Of a stretch of DNA of 64,000 bases, positions 37,381 through 47,847 are shown piece by piece; the first letter of the stretch is position 1; every line of letters starts with the position of its first letter. The DNA lies in contig CAVSLV010000001.1 in the NCBI GenBank assembly GCA_963728915.1, positions 480,001 to 544,000 on the forward strand, in the 5' to 3' direction. This stretch comes from an uncultured Gemmatimonadales bacterium (GTDB lineage Bacteria; Gemmatimonadota; Gemmatimonadetes; Gemmatimonadales; GWC2-71-9). Below the pieces are notes generated by a model, which saw only the letters and a program-made list of their open reading frames with translations, made no database searches and was not told where the DNA came from. The position numbers and the translations under genes are program-made.

Positions 37381-39318
37381 ATGGGAATGCGCCGGTTTGG
37401 TCCCGTTCTTCGCCTTCTGGCGACCGTTGCTCTGCTCTGGATCGTCCTGGCCAGGATCCCGATGGCCCAGGTCGTCCCGGCCGTGGTGCGCGCCGAGCCG
37501 GGTTACGTGGCGATGGGCCTGCTGTTCGCTCTGCTGGCGGTCGTCATCGAGGCGGTCCGATTCCGTCTGCTGCTGATCCGGCATGGCATCGCGGTGACCG
37601 CGCCGCAGGTGCTCGCTACTAATCTTGCCTCCAGATTCTACGGGCTCCTTCTCCCGGGTTCGCTTTCCACCGGGGCCTTCCGGTGGTATCGGTTTGGCCA
37701 GGGCCAGCGGGCCTGGGGAACTGTGCTGGCCTCCATCGTGTTCGCTCGGCTGCTGGACACCATCGTGCTGGTGATCTTCGGACTCACCTTCTGGCTCATC
37801 GCCAGGCCATCCGGATCGAGCCCGCTGGTTGGCGTTGCATTGGTCTGCGTGTTGGTGCTGTTGCTGGCCACGCACGCGCTGCTCCGTCTCGGCTCGCCGG
37901 GCGCCAGACGCCTCATGGCGCCGATCGAGCGTCTGTGGCGGCTCGTGGGTATGCCGGCAGCCGTCTGGGAGCGAGGCGCCCGGCTGGCGCAGGCCACAGC
38001 GGAGGGGTACCGGTCCTCCCAGGGAATGTTCGGAAGCCTGGCGGCCCTCTCCGGCCTGGTGCATGGCTGCGCGATGGTCTCGGGCTGGTGCTTCGCGCTG
38101 TCACTGCGGATGCACATCCCGTTCTCGGTCATCGGCTGGGTCAACTCCACGGTCACCGTTCTTCTGATGCTGCCGATCTCCATCGCCGGCTTGGGAGTAC
38201 GCGAGGGCAGCCTGCTCGCGCTCCTGGGTCAGTACGGAGTATCTCAGCCGGATGCGGTCGCCTTCTCCGTGTTATGGCTGGGGAGTGCGATCTCTATGGC
38301 TGTCGCCGGCGGCTGTCTCGAGCTCTACCGAGCGCTCCGCCGCCGGGCCATCGCCCCCGTGGATACCGCCCCCGAGGCCAGGACTGCCAGGCCCGGATCC
38401 GATTCCGGGCTCATGGTTATCGTCGTGTTGAACCTCAACAAGTCCACCGAGACCATTCGATGCCTGGGCAGCGTGTTCAGCCTCGAGTACTCTCCGTTTG
38501 AGGTCGTTTGTATCGACAACGGCTCGACCGATGGATCAGACGAATCCATCAAGCTGGCATTTCCCCGCGCCCATCACCTCCGGAGCGAGGTCAATCTCGG
38601 CGTCGCCGGAGGTCGGAACCTGGGCCTCAGCTACGCCGAGACTCATTTCTCGTACGCCGGGCTCTTTTTCCTCGATAACGACGCCTGGGTGGAACCCGGA
38701 TGCCTGGGCGAGATGGTCGACATCCTGGAGGCGGATCCAGCCGCCGGCCTGGTCGAGGCAAAGGCGCTGCGACCGACAACTCCCCCGGTGTTGTGCTCGG
38801 CAGGCGGACACCGCATCAACTGGTACACGGGAACCATCCGAACGGTCGGCGCCGGCGAAATCGACCGGGGCCAACATGATGCGGGTCGGCCCCAGACCTG
38901 CAGCGGAGGGCTGGTGCTGATTCGACGGAGCGTGTTCGAAGCCATCGGCGGGTTCGACAATGGCTTCAACCCTTATGGGTGGGAAGATCTGGACCTCGGG
39001 TTACGGGCGGGCAAGGCCGGCTTCACGATCCGCTTTGCGCCAAGGGCCATCGCCTATCATGAGGGGGGCAAAGCCGGGCGAGGCCGGGCCATTCCCGAAT
39101 ACGAGCGATCAAAGACGCGCGGCTATTTCCGTTTGTTCAAACGGCACGCGAGTCCGCTGCAGTGGACCTGTTTCCTGGCTCTCCTGCCGCTTCGGGCGAT
39201 CGGGCGCACCGCGCGCGATTTGGTTGGGGGGCACACCGATATCGTCTGGGCGCGCCTCCGGGGACCCTTCGGAGCCGAGACCCCTTCAGTAGATCGTTCT
39301 GCCTCGCCCGAGTCCTGA
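37381..39318 (+). CDS. Fusion of a UPF0104/LPG-synthase flippase-like domain and a C-terminal GT2 glycosyltransferase
   Basis: LLPGS, FARLLD, LPISIAGLGVREG; then from ~38413 VIVVLNLN, IDNGSTDGS, NLGVAGGRN, FLDND, GWEDLDL; start uncertain (37282-37387). Confidence 0.85.
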   Translation: MGMRRFGPVLRLLATVALLWIVLARIPMAQVVPAVVRAEPGYVAMGLLFALLAVVIEAVRFRLLLIRHGIAVTAPQVLATNLASRFYGLLLPGSLSTGAFRWYRFGQGQRAWGTVLASIVFARLLDTIVLVIFGLTFWLIARPSGSSPLVGVALVCVLVLLLATHALLRLGSPGARRLMAPIERLWRLVGMPAAVWERGARLAQATAEGYRSSQGMFGSLAALSGLVHGCAMVSGWCFALSLRMHIPFSVIGWVNSTVTVLLMLPISIAGLGVREGSLLALLGQYGVSQPDAVAFSVLWLGSAISMAVAGGCLELYRALRRRAIAPVDTAPEARTARPGSDSGLMVIVVLNLNKSTETIRCLGSVFSLEYSPFEVVCIDNGSTDGSDESIKLAFPRAHHLRSEVNLGVAGGRNLGLSYAETHFSYAGLFFLDNDAWVEPGCLGEMVDILEADPAAGLVEAKALRPTTPPVLCSAGGHRINWYTGTIRTVGAGEIDRGQHDAGRPQTCSGGLVLIRRSVFEAIGGFDNGFNPYGWEDLDLGLRAGKAGFTIRFAPRAIAYHEGGKAGRGRAIPEYERSKTRGYFRLFKRHASPLQWTCFLALLPLRAIGRTARDLVGGHTDIVWARLRGPFGAETPSVDRSASPES

Positions 39319-39410
39319 CTGCCCGGAGGCAGGCATCAGGGGATGGTCGCCGACGCCCAGGTGAATGGCAGTATGAGGATGCGCTCTGGACGCACCCGAC
39401 CACGCGACGT

Positions 39411-41855
39411 CTATTCCGACCGCAACGCGCTTGAGGGACTGAGCCGGGACGCCCGCAGTGCCGGCAGCGTCGTCGCCGCAAGGGTGATCGCCGTAATCAG
39501 GAGGATCGCGCTCGCCAGCATGAGGGGATCCGACGCCCGGATCGCGTACACCCGGTTGGACACGACTTTGCCCGAGAGATACGCCAGTCCTACCCCGATC
39601 CCCGCTCCCAGCAGCCCAAGCGTGCCACCCTGCCGCATGATCAGCCAGAATACCGCCTGGGGCGACGCGCCGAAGGCGAGGCGGGTGGCCATTTCGCCGG
39701 TGCGGAGCGTGCCGGCATAGGATATCACCCCGTAGATCCCGACCGCGGCGAGTACGATCGCAATGGCGCCGAAGAGGAGCATCAGCGTCATCCCCAATTC
39801 CTGCCGCTTGAGCGTGCCGCCCACCACATCCGAGGCGAGCTCGAAATCGATGGCCATCTCCGGGTAGAGCCTCCGCAGCTCGGCACGGATGGGGCCCTCG
39901 AGCTGGGTCGGATCGGCTTGCCCGGCCCACACGACGACCGTGGCACGGCGAAACGGAATCTGACTCAGCGGTGAATAGAACGCCGGCTCGGCCGGCTCGC
40001 CGAGCGACTTCTGCCGCACGTCGTCGATGACTCCTACGATCGTCACCTCATTCCGCGGATCGGGCGTCGGATAGCCGGCCGAGAACTGCACCCCGATCGG
40101 GTCGCGCCCCTTGAGATAGCGCCGGACGAAGACGTTGTTGACGATCGCGACCGGCAAACTGGTCCCAAGGTCCTCCGGGCCGAAATCGCGACCCTGGATC
40201 ACCTTCGTCCCCATCGCGGCGAAGAGGCCTGGGCTCGCCAGGCGCTGACGGGTACCGGGTGGGTTGGCCGGGTCGAACGGCTCGCCGTGAAACTGCGCGA
40301 GCAGGGAGTTCTCCAGGGTTCCCCGCATCGGATACGCCGACACGAGCCCGGCGCCCGCCACACCGGTCACACTGCGCACCGCGTTCAGCAAGTCCAGATG
40401 CGCCTGGCGCACCGCGTCGCCATTCGGATACCGGGGCCCGATGAAGGCTACGTCGAAGAGCAGCCGCTTCTCCGGCTCGAAGCCAGGATCGGTGCTTCTC
40501 AGGTTGGAGAATCCGCGCACCAGCCACCCGGCCCCCGCCACCAGCATGATGGCCAGCGCCACCTCGGCCACCGTCATGGAGCTGAGCCAGCGTACCGTGC
40601 CCCGGCCGGCGCTCGACGTTCGCGAGCTGTCGTTCATCAGGGCCTTCATGTCGCTGCGGAGAAGACGCACCGCCGGTGCGAGCCCGATGATTGCGGCGCA
40701 GACCACGAGCACCAGGAGAGAGAAGAGGAGTACGCGGGCGTCGAACGGGACCGCATCGAGTCGCGGCAGCTTCGAAGCGCCCAGGGCAAGCAGCGCGCGA
40801 AGGCCAAGAAAGGCGAGGCCCAGGCCGAGGAGGGTGCCGGCCGCGGTCAGCACCAGCGATTCGGTGAGAAGCTGACGGACCAGCCGGCCCCACCCGGCGC
40901 CCAGGGCGGCGCGGACCGCCATCTCGCGCGCCTGGGCGGCGCCACGGGCCAGGAGCAGATTCGCGACGTTCACGCAGGCGAGAAGCAGGAGGAGTCCAGT
41001 CGCCGACATGACGATGACCAGGATCGGCCCCAGGTCACCGACGATCGAGTCCACCAGCGGGCGGGGGACGTAGATACGATTCCGGTCCGCGGCTGGGAAA
41101 TCCTGCTCCAGCCCCTTCATGACGCTGGTCAGGCCCGGCCTGGCCTGGTCGATGGTCGTGCCGCGCTTCAGGCGCATGAACCCTTCCTGCCCGTGGTTCA
41201 CGTCGTTGGACGGGGTGCGCTGGGCGAACCAGAGGTCGGCGCCGTGCGGCATGTCGAAGTCGTGCGGCGCCACGCCGGCAACCGTGGTGTTGAACTCGGC
41301 GAAGCGAATGGGCTTGCCGATCACCCCGGGGTCGCTCTGGTAGAGGTTCTGCCATACCCGTTCGGAGATCACCACCGTGGGAAGCGGACCTTGCTGGGGA
41401 GGCGCGCCGGGCGGCGGGGGCTGGAACGCAGTGAAGTCGTCGTGGGTGAACCCGCCCTTGAGCATCGGCAGCCCGAACAGCTCGAAGAACCCTTCGGTCA
41501 CCCCATAGATCCTCACGTGGGTCGGGGTGTTGTCCTCGGCCAGGAGGGTGAGATCGCCTGGCACGAAGCCCGCGGCCCGCGCGATGGTCAGGCTCGAATC
41601 ATTCAGGCGATAGAGCTCCCCGCCGGAAAGGAGTCCGGTGGTGACCCGACCGTCGGTGAGGGCGGTGCGGAGGCTGTAGAGATCCTCGGAATCCGGATAG
41701 GGCAGCGGCTTGAGGAGGACCGCGCTCAGGGTCGTGAAGATCGCCGTGGTGGCGCCGATGCCGAGGGCCAGCGTGACGATGGCGGTGAGGGGGAAGGCGG
41801 GGGCGCGGCGGAACGCGCGCAACGCGACCCGGACGTCCTGGAGAAACGTTTCCAC
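39411..41855 (-). CDS. ADOP-family duplicated ABC permease (MacB_PCD/FtsX x2)
   Basis: METFLQDVRVALRAFRRAPAF..TLALGIGATTAIF; LACVNVANLLLARG..REMAVRAALGA; EVALA..LVAGAG; PALRASRLSP..ALRSE. Confidence 0.92.
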   Translation of the reverse strand: METFLQDVRVALRAFRRAPAFPLTAIVTLALGIGATTAIFTTLSAVLLKPLPYPDSEDLYSLRTALTDGRVTTGLLSGGELYRLNDSSLTIARAAGFVPGDLTLLAEDNTPTHVRIYGVTEGFFELFGLPMLKGGFTHDDFTAFQPPPPGAPPQQGPLPTVVISERVWQNLYQSDPGVIGKPIRFAEFNTTVAGVAPHDFDMPHGADLWFAQRTPSNDVNHGQEGFMRLKRGTTIDQARPGLTSVMKGLEQDFPAADRNRIYVPRPLVDSIVGDLGPILVIVMSATGLLLLLACVNVANLLLARGAAQAREMAVRAALGAGWGRLVRQLLTESLVLTAAGTLLGLGLAFLGLRALLALGASKLPRLDAVPFDARVLLFSLLVLVVCAAIIGLAPAVRLLRSDMKALMNDSSRTSSAGRGTVRWLSSMTVAEVALAIMLVAGAGWLVRGFSNLRSTDPGFEPEKRLLFDVAFIGPRYPNGDAVRQAHLDLLNAVRSVTGVAGAGLVSAYPMRGTLENSLLAQFHGEPFDPANPPGTRQRLASPGLFAAMGTKVIQGRDFGPEDLGTSLPVAIVNNVFVRRYLKGRDPIGVQFSAGYPTPDPRNEVTIVGVIDDVRQKSLGEPAEPAFYSPLSQIPFRRATVVVWAGQADPTQLEGPIRAELRRLYPEMAIDFELASDVVGGTLKRQELGMTLMLLFGAIAIVLAAVGIYGVISYAGTLRTGEMATRLAFGASPQAVFWLIMRQGGTLGLLGAGIGVGLAYLSGKVVSNRVYAIRASDPLMLASAILLITAITLAATTLPALRASRLSPSSALRSE

Positions 41856-41979
41856 TGTCGGCTCCGATTTGGCGTGTTTCGCGCGGGGGCAGTGCCGCGG
41901 AACGTTGGACTACTCTAACACCGAAATCGTTGTTCCGCGCAGCCGGGACGGTGGGGGTGGAGGTGGGGGGGAAACAGCA

Positions 41980-42009
41980 GGGCCGGTTCGCCCGAAGGCG
42001 AACCGGCCC
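41980..42009 (-). terminator. Hairpin downstream of the csp gene
   Basis: Perfect 13-bp stem gggccggttcgcc/ggcgaaccggccc with a UUCG loop on the minus strand, followed by tgctgttt. Confidence 0.65.
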
Positions 42010-42036
42010 CTGTTCAACGACGTGGGAAGTCGAAGC

Positions 42037-42249
42037 TTACGCTCCGAGCCTCCGCACGTTCTCCGCCGCCGGGCCCTTCTGGCCCTGCACGACATCGAAC
42101 TCGACCTTCTCGCCCTCGGCGAGGCTCTTGAAGCCCTCGGCCTGGATGGCGGAGTGATGGACGAAGCAATCCTTCGCGCCATCCTCAGGGGTGATAAATC
42201 CGAACCCCTTCGCATCATTGAACCACTTCACTGTACCGGTCGTACGCAT
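42037..42249 (-). CDS. csp: Cold-shock protein (CspA family)
   Basis: [53 protein letters not shown]. Confidence 0.97.
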   Translation of the reverse strand: MRTTGTVKWFNDAKGFGFITPEDGAKDCFVHHSAIQAEGFKSLAEGEKVEFDVVQGQKGPAAENVRRLGA

Positions 42250-42394
42250 GGCAACCTGCTCCTTACGAAATGTTCCTCCGGCGAACGCGGCACTCGCCGC
42301 GGTCACTCGCGATCGCGACTAACAGAAAGGGCCGGCGAGAATGCCAGCCCTTTGAGGTGTCGCTGGATTGTAGGCGCACATTGCTATGCGACAA
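42250..42394 (-). promoter_or_regulatory. csp promoter and long structured 5' UTR
   Basis: Minus strand TTGTCG (42394-42389), 16 nt, TACAAT (42372-42367); ~110-nt leader with an 11-bp hairpin at 42326-42353. Confidence 0.55.
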
Positions 42395-42592
42395 ATCGCT
42401 GAAGCAAAATAACCCATACCCCCCGAAGGATCAAGCCCAGGCGGTGGGCGGAGGTCGAAACGACACACTACCACCGTAGCAAGCCAGGGCCGGAAGCCGG
42501 GCAATCTGGTGTAAATGCATGTCCAGCCTTGTGGCGGGGCGAGGCCAGTGGATTGGCTCAGCGGTTGCAATCCGATGGGGGATGGAGGTCCC

Positions 42593-43051
42593 ATGCGACC
42601 CGTTAAGCTGATCCTGAGCACGCTTCTCATCGTTCACTGCACTTCGCCGTCCGACCCGAGCCCGCTCTATCCCGGGTATTTCCTGTCCAGAGTCGGTGAT
42701 CAGTTTCTGCCCATTCCGTACGGGAATGACGGCTCGGTCCTGCTGGCCGCCTCGCTGAGCTTCTCCCCGAGCATGCGGCCGGGCGAATCGGCGGGATCCA
42801 GCGGGATCGCTCACTACACGCTCCTGATTCAGTCGGGCGATCAGACGGTGCAACACGACACCGTGGACCTCGACTACACGATCCAGAACGCCGAGCTGCA
42901 CATCAATCTGTGTCCACCGCTCGCCCTCTGTATTGCCACAACGGAGCTGATCGGGCCGGTGCTCGATCGGACCGAAGAGCTGGTGCTCACCCACTACGTC
43001 GCTGGCACGCCGGGTGACGTCTATCGCTTCTTCCCCTCGTTGCCGGATTGA
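42593..43051 (+). CDS. Hypothetical exported protein or lipoprotein
   Basis: RBS GGAGG; MRPVKLILSTLLIVHC; CPPLALC motif. Confidence 0.65.
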   Translation: MRPVKLILSTLLIVHCTSPSDPSPLYPGYFLSRVGDQFLPIPYGNDGSVLLAASLSFSPSMRPGESAGSSGIAHYTLLIQSGDQTVQHDTVDLDYTIQNAELHINLCPPLALCIATTELIGPVLDRTEELVLTHYVAGTPGDVYRFFPSLPD

Positions 43052-43157
43052 GGCGGGTCGCGGGCGCCAGGACCACGTGCAGTTGGTTGCTACGAAGTCC
43101 AGAGCAAAGCGTGGAGCATCGGGTTACCATGCAGTAGTCATCCCACACGAGCCAGCC

Positions 43158-45428
43158 ATGCGCATAGCCTCCATCGCCTTTCTCGCCCTTACCGGCCTGA
43201 GCGCCGCTCCCGGCGTCCCCGAGATGCGGGGCTATTCCGATGCCGCCGCCAGGGTCCAGCGCGACTGGGAAGCCAAGTTTCGCAGCATTCCCGAGCCCCA
43301 GCGCATGCGGGCCGCCATGCAGCGGCTCTCCGCTCGGCCGCACCACGTGGGCTCGCCCTACGACAAGGACAACGCCGAGTGGCTCCTGGCGCAGTTCAAG
43401 TCCTACGGGTGGGACGCCCAGATCGAGCAATTCGATGTTCTCTTTCCAACCCCGAAGGAACGGGTGGTCGAGCTGGTCGCCCCGACGCGGTTCCGGGCCA
43501 AGCTCCAGGAGCCGGCGGTTTCGGTGGACCCAACTTCCAGCCAGCAATCCGAGCAGCTCCCCAGCTACAACGCCTATTCCGCCGATGGCGATGTGACCGC
43601 CCCTCTGGTGTACGTCAATTACGGTGTGCCCGCCGACTATGACGAGCTGGAGCGTCGAGGCGTTTCGGTGAAGGGGGCGATCGTGATCGCGCGTTACGGG
43701 CAGTCGTGGCGCGGCATCAAGCCCAAGGTCGCCGCCGAGCACGGCGCGGTGGGCGCGTTGATCTACTCCGACCCGCGCGACGATGGGTACCAGCAGGGCG
43801 AGACCTTCCCCAACGGCCCATGGCGCGGCCCGGACGGCGTGCAGCGGGGAAGCGTGATGGACATGCCGGTCCACCCCGGGGACCCACTCACCCCGGGAGT
43901 GGGCGCGGTGCCGGGCGCGAAGCGCCTTGCGGTGAAGGACGCCGAGGTCATCATGAAGATCCCGGTGCTCCCGATCTCGTATGGTGACGCCCAGCCGCTC
44001 CTGGCGGCCCTGACCGGACCGGTCGCGCCTGCGTCGTGGCGAGGGGGACTGCCGATCACCTACCGCATGGGTCCGGGCGCGGCGAAGGTGCACCTCAAGC
44101 TGTCCTTCAACTGGGATATCAAGCCGCTCTACGACGTCATCGCGCGGCTGCCCGGCGCGACCTTCCCGGATGAGTGGGTGATCCGTGGGAACCATCACGA
44201 CGCCTGGGTGAACGGCGCGGAGGATCCGATCTCGGGGTTGGTGCCGGAGCTCGAGGAGGCTCGCGCCATGGGCGAGCTGGTCAAGCAGGGCTGGCGCCCC
44301 AAGCGCACCATCATCTACGCCGCATGGGACGGTGAGGAGCCGGCGCTCCTGGGTTCCACCGAATGGGTCGAGGCCCACCGGGACGAGCTGGCCCGCCGTG
44401 CGGTCTTCTATCTCAACACCGACGGGAACGGCCGCGGCTTCTTCGGCGCGGGCGGATCGCACTCCCTGGAGAAGCTCGTCAACGAAATTATTCGGGACGT
44501 CGAGGATCCCGAGACCAAACTCTCGGTGTGGAAGCGCACCCAGCTCAAGCTGATCCACGACGGAGATGCTCACGAGCGTGCCGACGCGCGGAACCGGGAA
44601 GACCTCCGGATCGAAGCCCTCGGTTCGGGTTCGGACTTTACTCCGTTCCTTCAGTTCGCCGGCGTTGCCACCCTCAACATGGGATTCGGTGGCGAGGACG
44701 GCGGCGGTATCTATCACTCGGTCTACGACGACTTCTACTGGTACACCCACTTCAGCGACACGTCCTTTGTGTATGGCCGGGCGCTGGCGCAGGTAGCGGG
44801 CAGCATGATCATGCGAGTCGCTGATGCCGAGCTCCTGCCGTTTGCCTTTACCAACATGGCCGAGACCGCGTCCGGGTACGTGAGTGAGCTTGAGAAACTC
44901 CGGGAGCTGCGAGCTGATTCGGTCACCGAGCGCTCCCGCGAGCTGGACGAAGGTGTCTACGCCGCCACCAACGACCCACACGAGCCCATGTCGGCGCCGG
45001 CGCGGCAGGCGCCGGTTCCAGCGCTCAACTTCGCGCCGCTTCAGAACGCGGTCGATCTGCTGCACCGTATGGCGGACGACTACGAGGAGGCCGTCGAGAA
45101 AGCCCAGGACAACGGCGGGACCGCGCTGGACCGGGCGCCGCTCGGCGGCGTCAACGCGAAGCTGATTCAGGCCGAGCATGCCCTCACCAGCCCGGACGGG
45201 TTGCCGAAACGACCCTGGTACCAGCACCTGCTGTACGCGCCGGGGCTTTATACGGGCTACGGAGTGAAGACCATGCCTGGCGCGCGCGAAGCGATCGAGC
45301 TGGGCCGGTGGGACGAGGCCAACACCGAGCTGGGCCGGATCGCAGTGGCGGTCGAGGCGCAGGCCAAGGTCGTTCGCTCGGCGGCCGATGAGCTCCGGCG
45401 CGCCATGGGGCAGGCGCTGACGCCCTGA
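43158..45428 (+). CDS. M28 peptidase, glutamate carboxypeptidase II-like (PA, M28 and TfR-dimerisation domains)
   Basis: PHHVGS, LVYVNYG, GNHHDAW, GAEDP.SG, WDGEE, GSGSDF, YHSVYD, GLPKRPWYQH. Confidence 0.95.
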   Translation: MRIASIAFLALTGLSAAPGVPEMRGYSDAAARVQRDWEAKFRSIPEPQRMRAAMQRLSARPHHVGSPYDKDNAEWLLAQFKSYGWDAQIEQFDVLFPTPKERVVELVAPTRFRAKLQEPAVSVDPTSSQQSEQLPSYNAYSADGDVTAPLVYVNYGVPADYDELERRGVSVKGAIVIARYGQSWRGIKPKVAAEHGAVGALIYSDPRDDGYQQGETFPNGPWRGPDGVQRGSVMDMPVHPGDPLTPGVGAVPGAKRLAVKDAEVIMKIPVLPISYGDAQPLLAALTGPVAPASWRGGLPITYRMGPGAAKVHLKLSFNWDIKPLYDVIARLPGATFPDEWVIRGNHHDAWVNGAEDPISGLVPELEEARAMGELVKQGWRPKRTIIYAAWDGEEPALLGSTEWVEAHRDELARRAVFYLNTDGNGRGFFGAGGSHSLEKLVNEIIRDVEDPETKLSVWKRTQLKLIHDGDAHERADARNREDLRIEALGSGSDFTPFLQFAGVATLNMGFGGEDGGGIYHSVYDDFYWYTHFSDTSFVYGRALAQVAGSMIMRVADAELLPFAFTNMAETASGYVSELEKLRELRADSVTERSRELDEGVYAATNDPHEPMSAPARQAPVPALNFAPLQNAVDLLHRMADDYEEAVEKAQDNGGTALDRAPLGGVNAKLIQAEHALTSPDGLPKRPWYQHLLYAPGLYTGYGVKTMPGAREAIELGRWDEANTELGRIAVAVEAQAKVVRSAADELRRAMGQALTP

Positions 45429-45538
45429 ACCATGCGGCCGGTGTTGGTTAACCCGCTCTCATCATTTCTTTCTCAGGCTTTCATGAACTGAATCGCTCCG
45501 CCGCCGTTCCGGCCCGCCTCCTGCTGATATGACCCGGC

Positions 45539-47785
45539 ATGAGTCCGGGCCCGGCGCAGTTTCAGTCGATCGTCGAGAACATCACCGATCTGGTAACCAT
45601 CTTCGACGCGGATGGGACCATCCGGTACCTCAGCCCCTCGCTTCGCACGATGCTGGGCTACGCGCCGGAAGAGCTGCTCGGCAGCCGCATCGACGGATTG
45701 TTGCATCCGGAAGACGTCGAAGGGGTGCGGCAGTTCTGCAGCAGCCTCATGGCGAAGAGTTATGGAACCGGAAGTATCGCCTGTCGAGTCGGTCACAGGG
45801 ACGGCTCCTGGCGATGGGTCGAATCGGTGGGAGCGAACCGGCTGGAAGACTCCGCCCTGTCCGGCATCCTCGTCGTCATGCGGGATATTACCGAACGAAA
45901 ACGAGTGGAGAACCGGCTCCGCGCCAATGAACGCCAGCTCGAGGCGATCGTCCAGGCCGTCAACGATATCGTGTTCGAATTCGACGGAGATGGCCGGTAT
46001 CTCGACGTGTTCGCCGCGGACGAGACCAAGCTGGCGGCCCCGAAGAAGGATGTGCTCGGACACACCATCGCCGAGGTTCTGGGCGCCACCGCCGCGAAGC
46101 CGTTCCTGGACCCCATCCGTCGAGTCCTGGAGACCGGGCTTCCCGAACGTTTCGAATACAGCCTGACGGTTCGGGACGGGGAGCGTCACTTCTTTACCCG
46201 GCTGCACCGGATGCCTGGACTCGACGGCGCCGGGCCCACCGTGTGCATGGCCATCAGCGATATCACCGATCGCAAGAATGCGGAAGAGGCGCTGGCGCGA
46301 AGCGAGGCCCAATACCGCGCCTTGGTGGAGCATGCCCCGCTCGGGGTGTTCCGGGCCAAGCCGGATGGGCGGCTCCTTGCGGCAAACCCCGCGCTCGTGT
46401 CCATGCTGGGATACGACTCTCCTGAGGCCCTGCTTTCGGCGAACCTCACCCGGAACGTGTACGTACACCCATCCAGGACCCTCGAGAACGGAGCCGGCAC
46501 CGAGGAAACCCAGTGGAGGAAGCAGGACGGCTCGCAGATCTGGGTCCGGGTCCATCTTCGGCCGGATCCGGCTCCGGGCGCAGGCGGCGAGTTCAACGGG
46601 CTGGTGGAAGATGTGACGGTCGAGCGGAACCTCGAGGCCCAATTCCTCCAGGCCCAGAAGATGGAGGCGGTGGGGCGGCTGGCCGGTGGTGTCGCGCACG
46701 ATTTCAACAACACGTTGACCGCGATCCTGAGCTACAGCGACATGCTGATCAATGATCTTGCGCCCGGGGATTCCCGGCGGCTCGACCTGGAGCAGATCCG
46801 CCGCTCCGGGAAGCGCGCCGCCGAGCTGACCCAGCAGCTGCTGGCGTTCAGTCGGAGACAGGTCCTGCAGACCCGGGTGCTCGATCTCAATGAAGTGGTG
46901 GGGAAGACCGAGCGCATGCTCCGCCGGGTCATCGGCGAAGATATCAAGGTGGGGATCGTGACCGGTGATCAGCCGGCCATCATCCGTGCCGACGCCGGTC
47001 AGATTGAACAGATCATCCTGAATCTGGCCGTGAACGCCCGGGACGCGATGCCCGGTGGCGGTCTCCTGACGATCGAGACCGCCAACGTCGACCTCGACGA
47101 GCTTTTTGCCCACCGACATCAGGATGTCGCGCCCGGTCGATATGTCATGCTGGCGGTCACCGACACCGGGGTCGGGATTACTCCGGACGTCTTCCAGCAT
47201 CTGTTCGAGCCGTTCTTCACGACCAAGGGCCCAGGGAAAGGAACCGGTCTCGGCCTCGCGACGGTGTACGGGATCGTCAAGCAGAGTGGAGGCTCGATCT
47301 GGCCGTACAGCCAACCGGGAAGGGGAACGACCTTCAAGATCTACTTCCCACGAGTCGAGGAGTCCGTGGAGCATCGGGAAGAAGGGCCGTCGAGGCCATC
47401 AGGCGGTGGGCGGGAAACGATCCTGGTTGCGGAGGATGAGGATAGCGTTCGAGAAGTCGTTTCACGGGTTCTTTCCAAGAAGGGATATCACCTGTTGCTC
47501 GCAGAGAACGGGGAGGCCGCCCTGCGGCTCGCCCGAAGCCGGCCGGGGTCTATCCAGCTTCTCCTGACCGACCTGGTGATGCCCGGCATGTCGGGGGGTG
47601 AGCTCGCCCAGAGGCTGCGGGATGAACAACCCGGCCTTCGGATCCTGTTCATGTCCGGATACACCGATGACGCCGTGGTTCGCCAGGGCGTGCTGGAGAA
47701 GGGAGTCCCCTACCTCCAGAAGCCGTTTACCGCCGAGGCCCTGGCGGCGAGAGTCAGAGAGGTCCTCGACGGGGCGAGCGGGTAG
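45539..47785 (+). CDS. Multi-PAS hybrid histidine kinase/receiver (CckA-like)
   Basis: Three PAS-like units; QKMEAVGRLAGGVAHDFNN, NLAVNARDAM, FEPFFTTK..GTGLGL; receiver AEDE, TDLVMP, MSGY, QKPF. Confidence 0.95.
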   Translation: MSPGPAQFQSIVENITDLVTIFDADGTIRYLSPSLRTMLGYAPEELLGSRIDGLLHPEDVEGVRQFCSSLMAKSYGTGSIACRVGHRDGSWRWVESVGANRLEDSALSGILVVMRDITERKRVENRLRANERQLEAIVQAVNDIVFEFDGDGRYLDVFAADETKLAAPKKDVLGHTIAEVLGATAAKPFLDPIRRVLETGLPERFEYSLTVRDGERHFFTRLHRMPGLDGAGPTVCMAISDITDRKNAEEALARSEAQYRALVEHAPLGVFRAKPDGRLLAANPALVSMLGYDSPEALLSANLTRNVYVHPSRTLENGAGTEETQWRKQDGSQIWVRVHLRPDPAPGAGGEFNGLVEDVTVERNLEAQFLQAQKMEAVGRLAGGVAHDFNNTLTAILSYSDMLINDLAPGDSRRLDLEQIRRSGKRAAELTQQLLAFSRRQVLQTRVLDLNEVVGKTERMLRRVIGEDIKVGIVTGDQPAIIRADAGQIEQIILNLAVNARDAMPGGGLLTIETANVDLDELFAHRHQDVAPGRYVMLAVTDTGVGITPDVFQHLFEPFFTTKGPGKGTGLGLATVYGIVKQSGGSIWPYSQPGRGTTFKIYFPRVEESVEHREEGPSRPSGGGRETILVAEDEDSVREVVSRVLSKKGYHLLLAENGEAALRLARSRPGSIQLLLTDLVMPGMSGGELAQRLRDEQPGLRILFMSGYTDDAVVRQGVLEKGVPYLQKPFTAEALAARVREVLDGASG

Positions 47786-47847
47786 CTCGAATCGGCCAAT
47801 CCTCCGACGTTTTACGCCTTCCTGAGTAAGTCTCGCAGGAGCGACCC

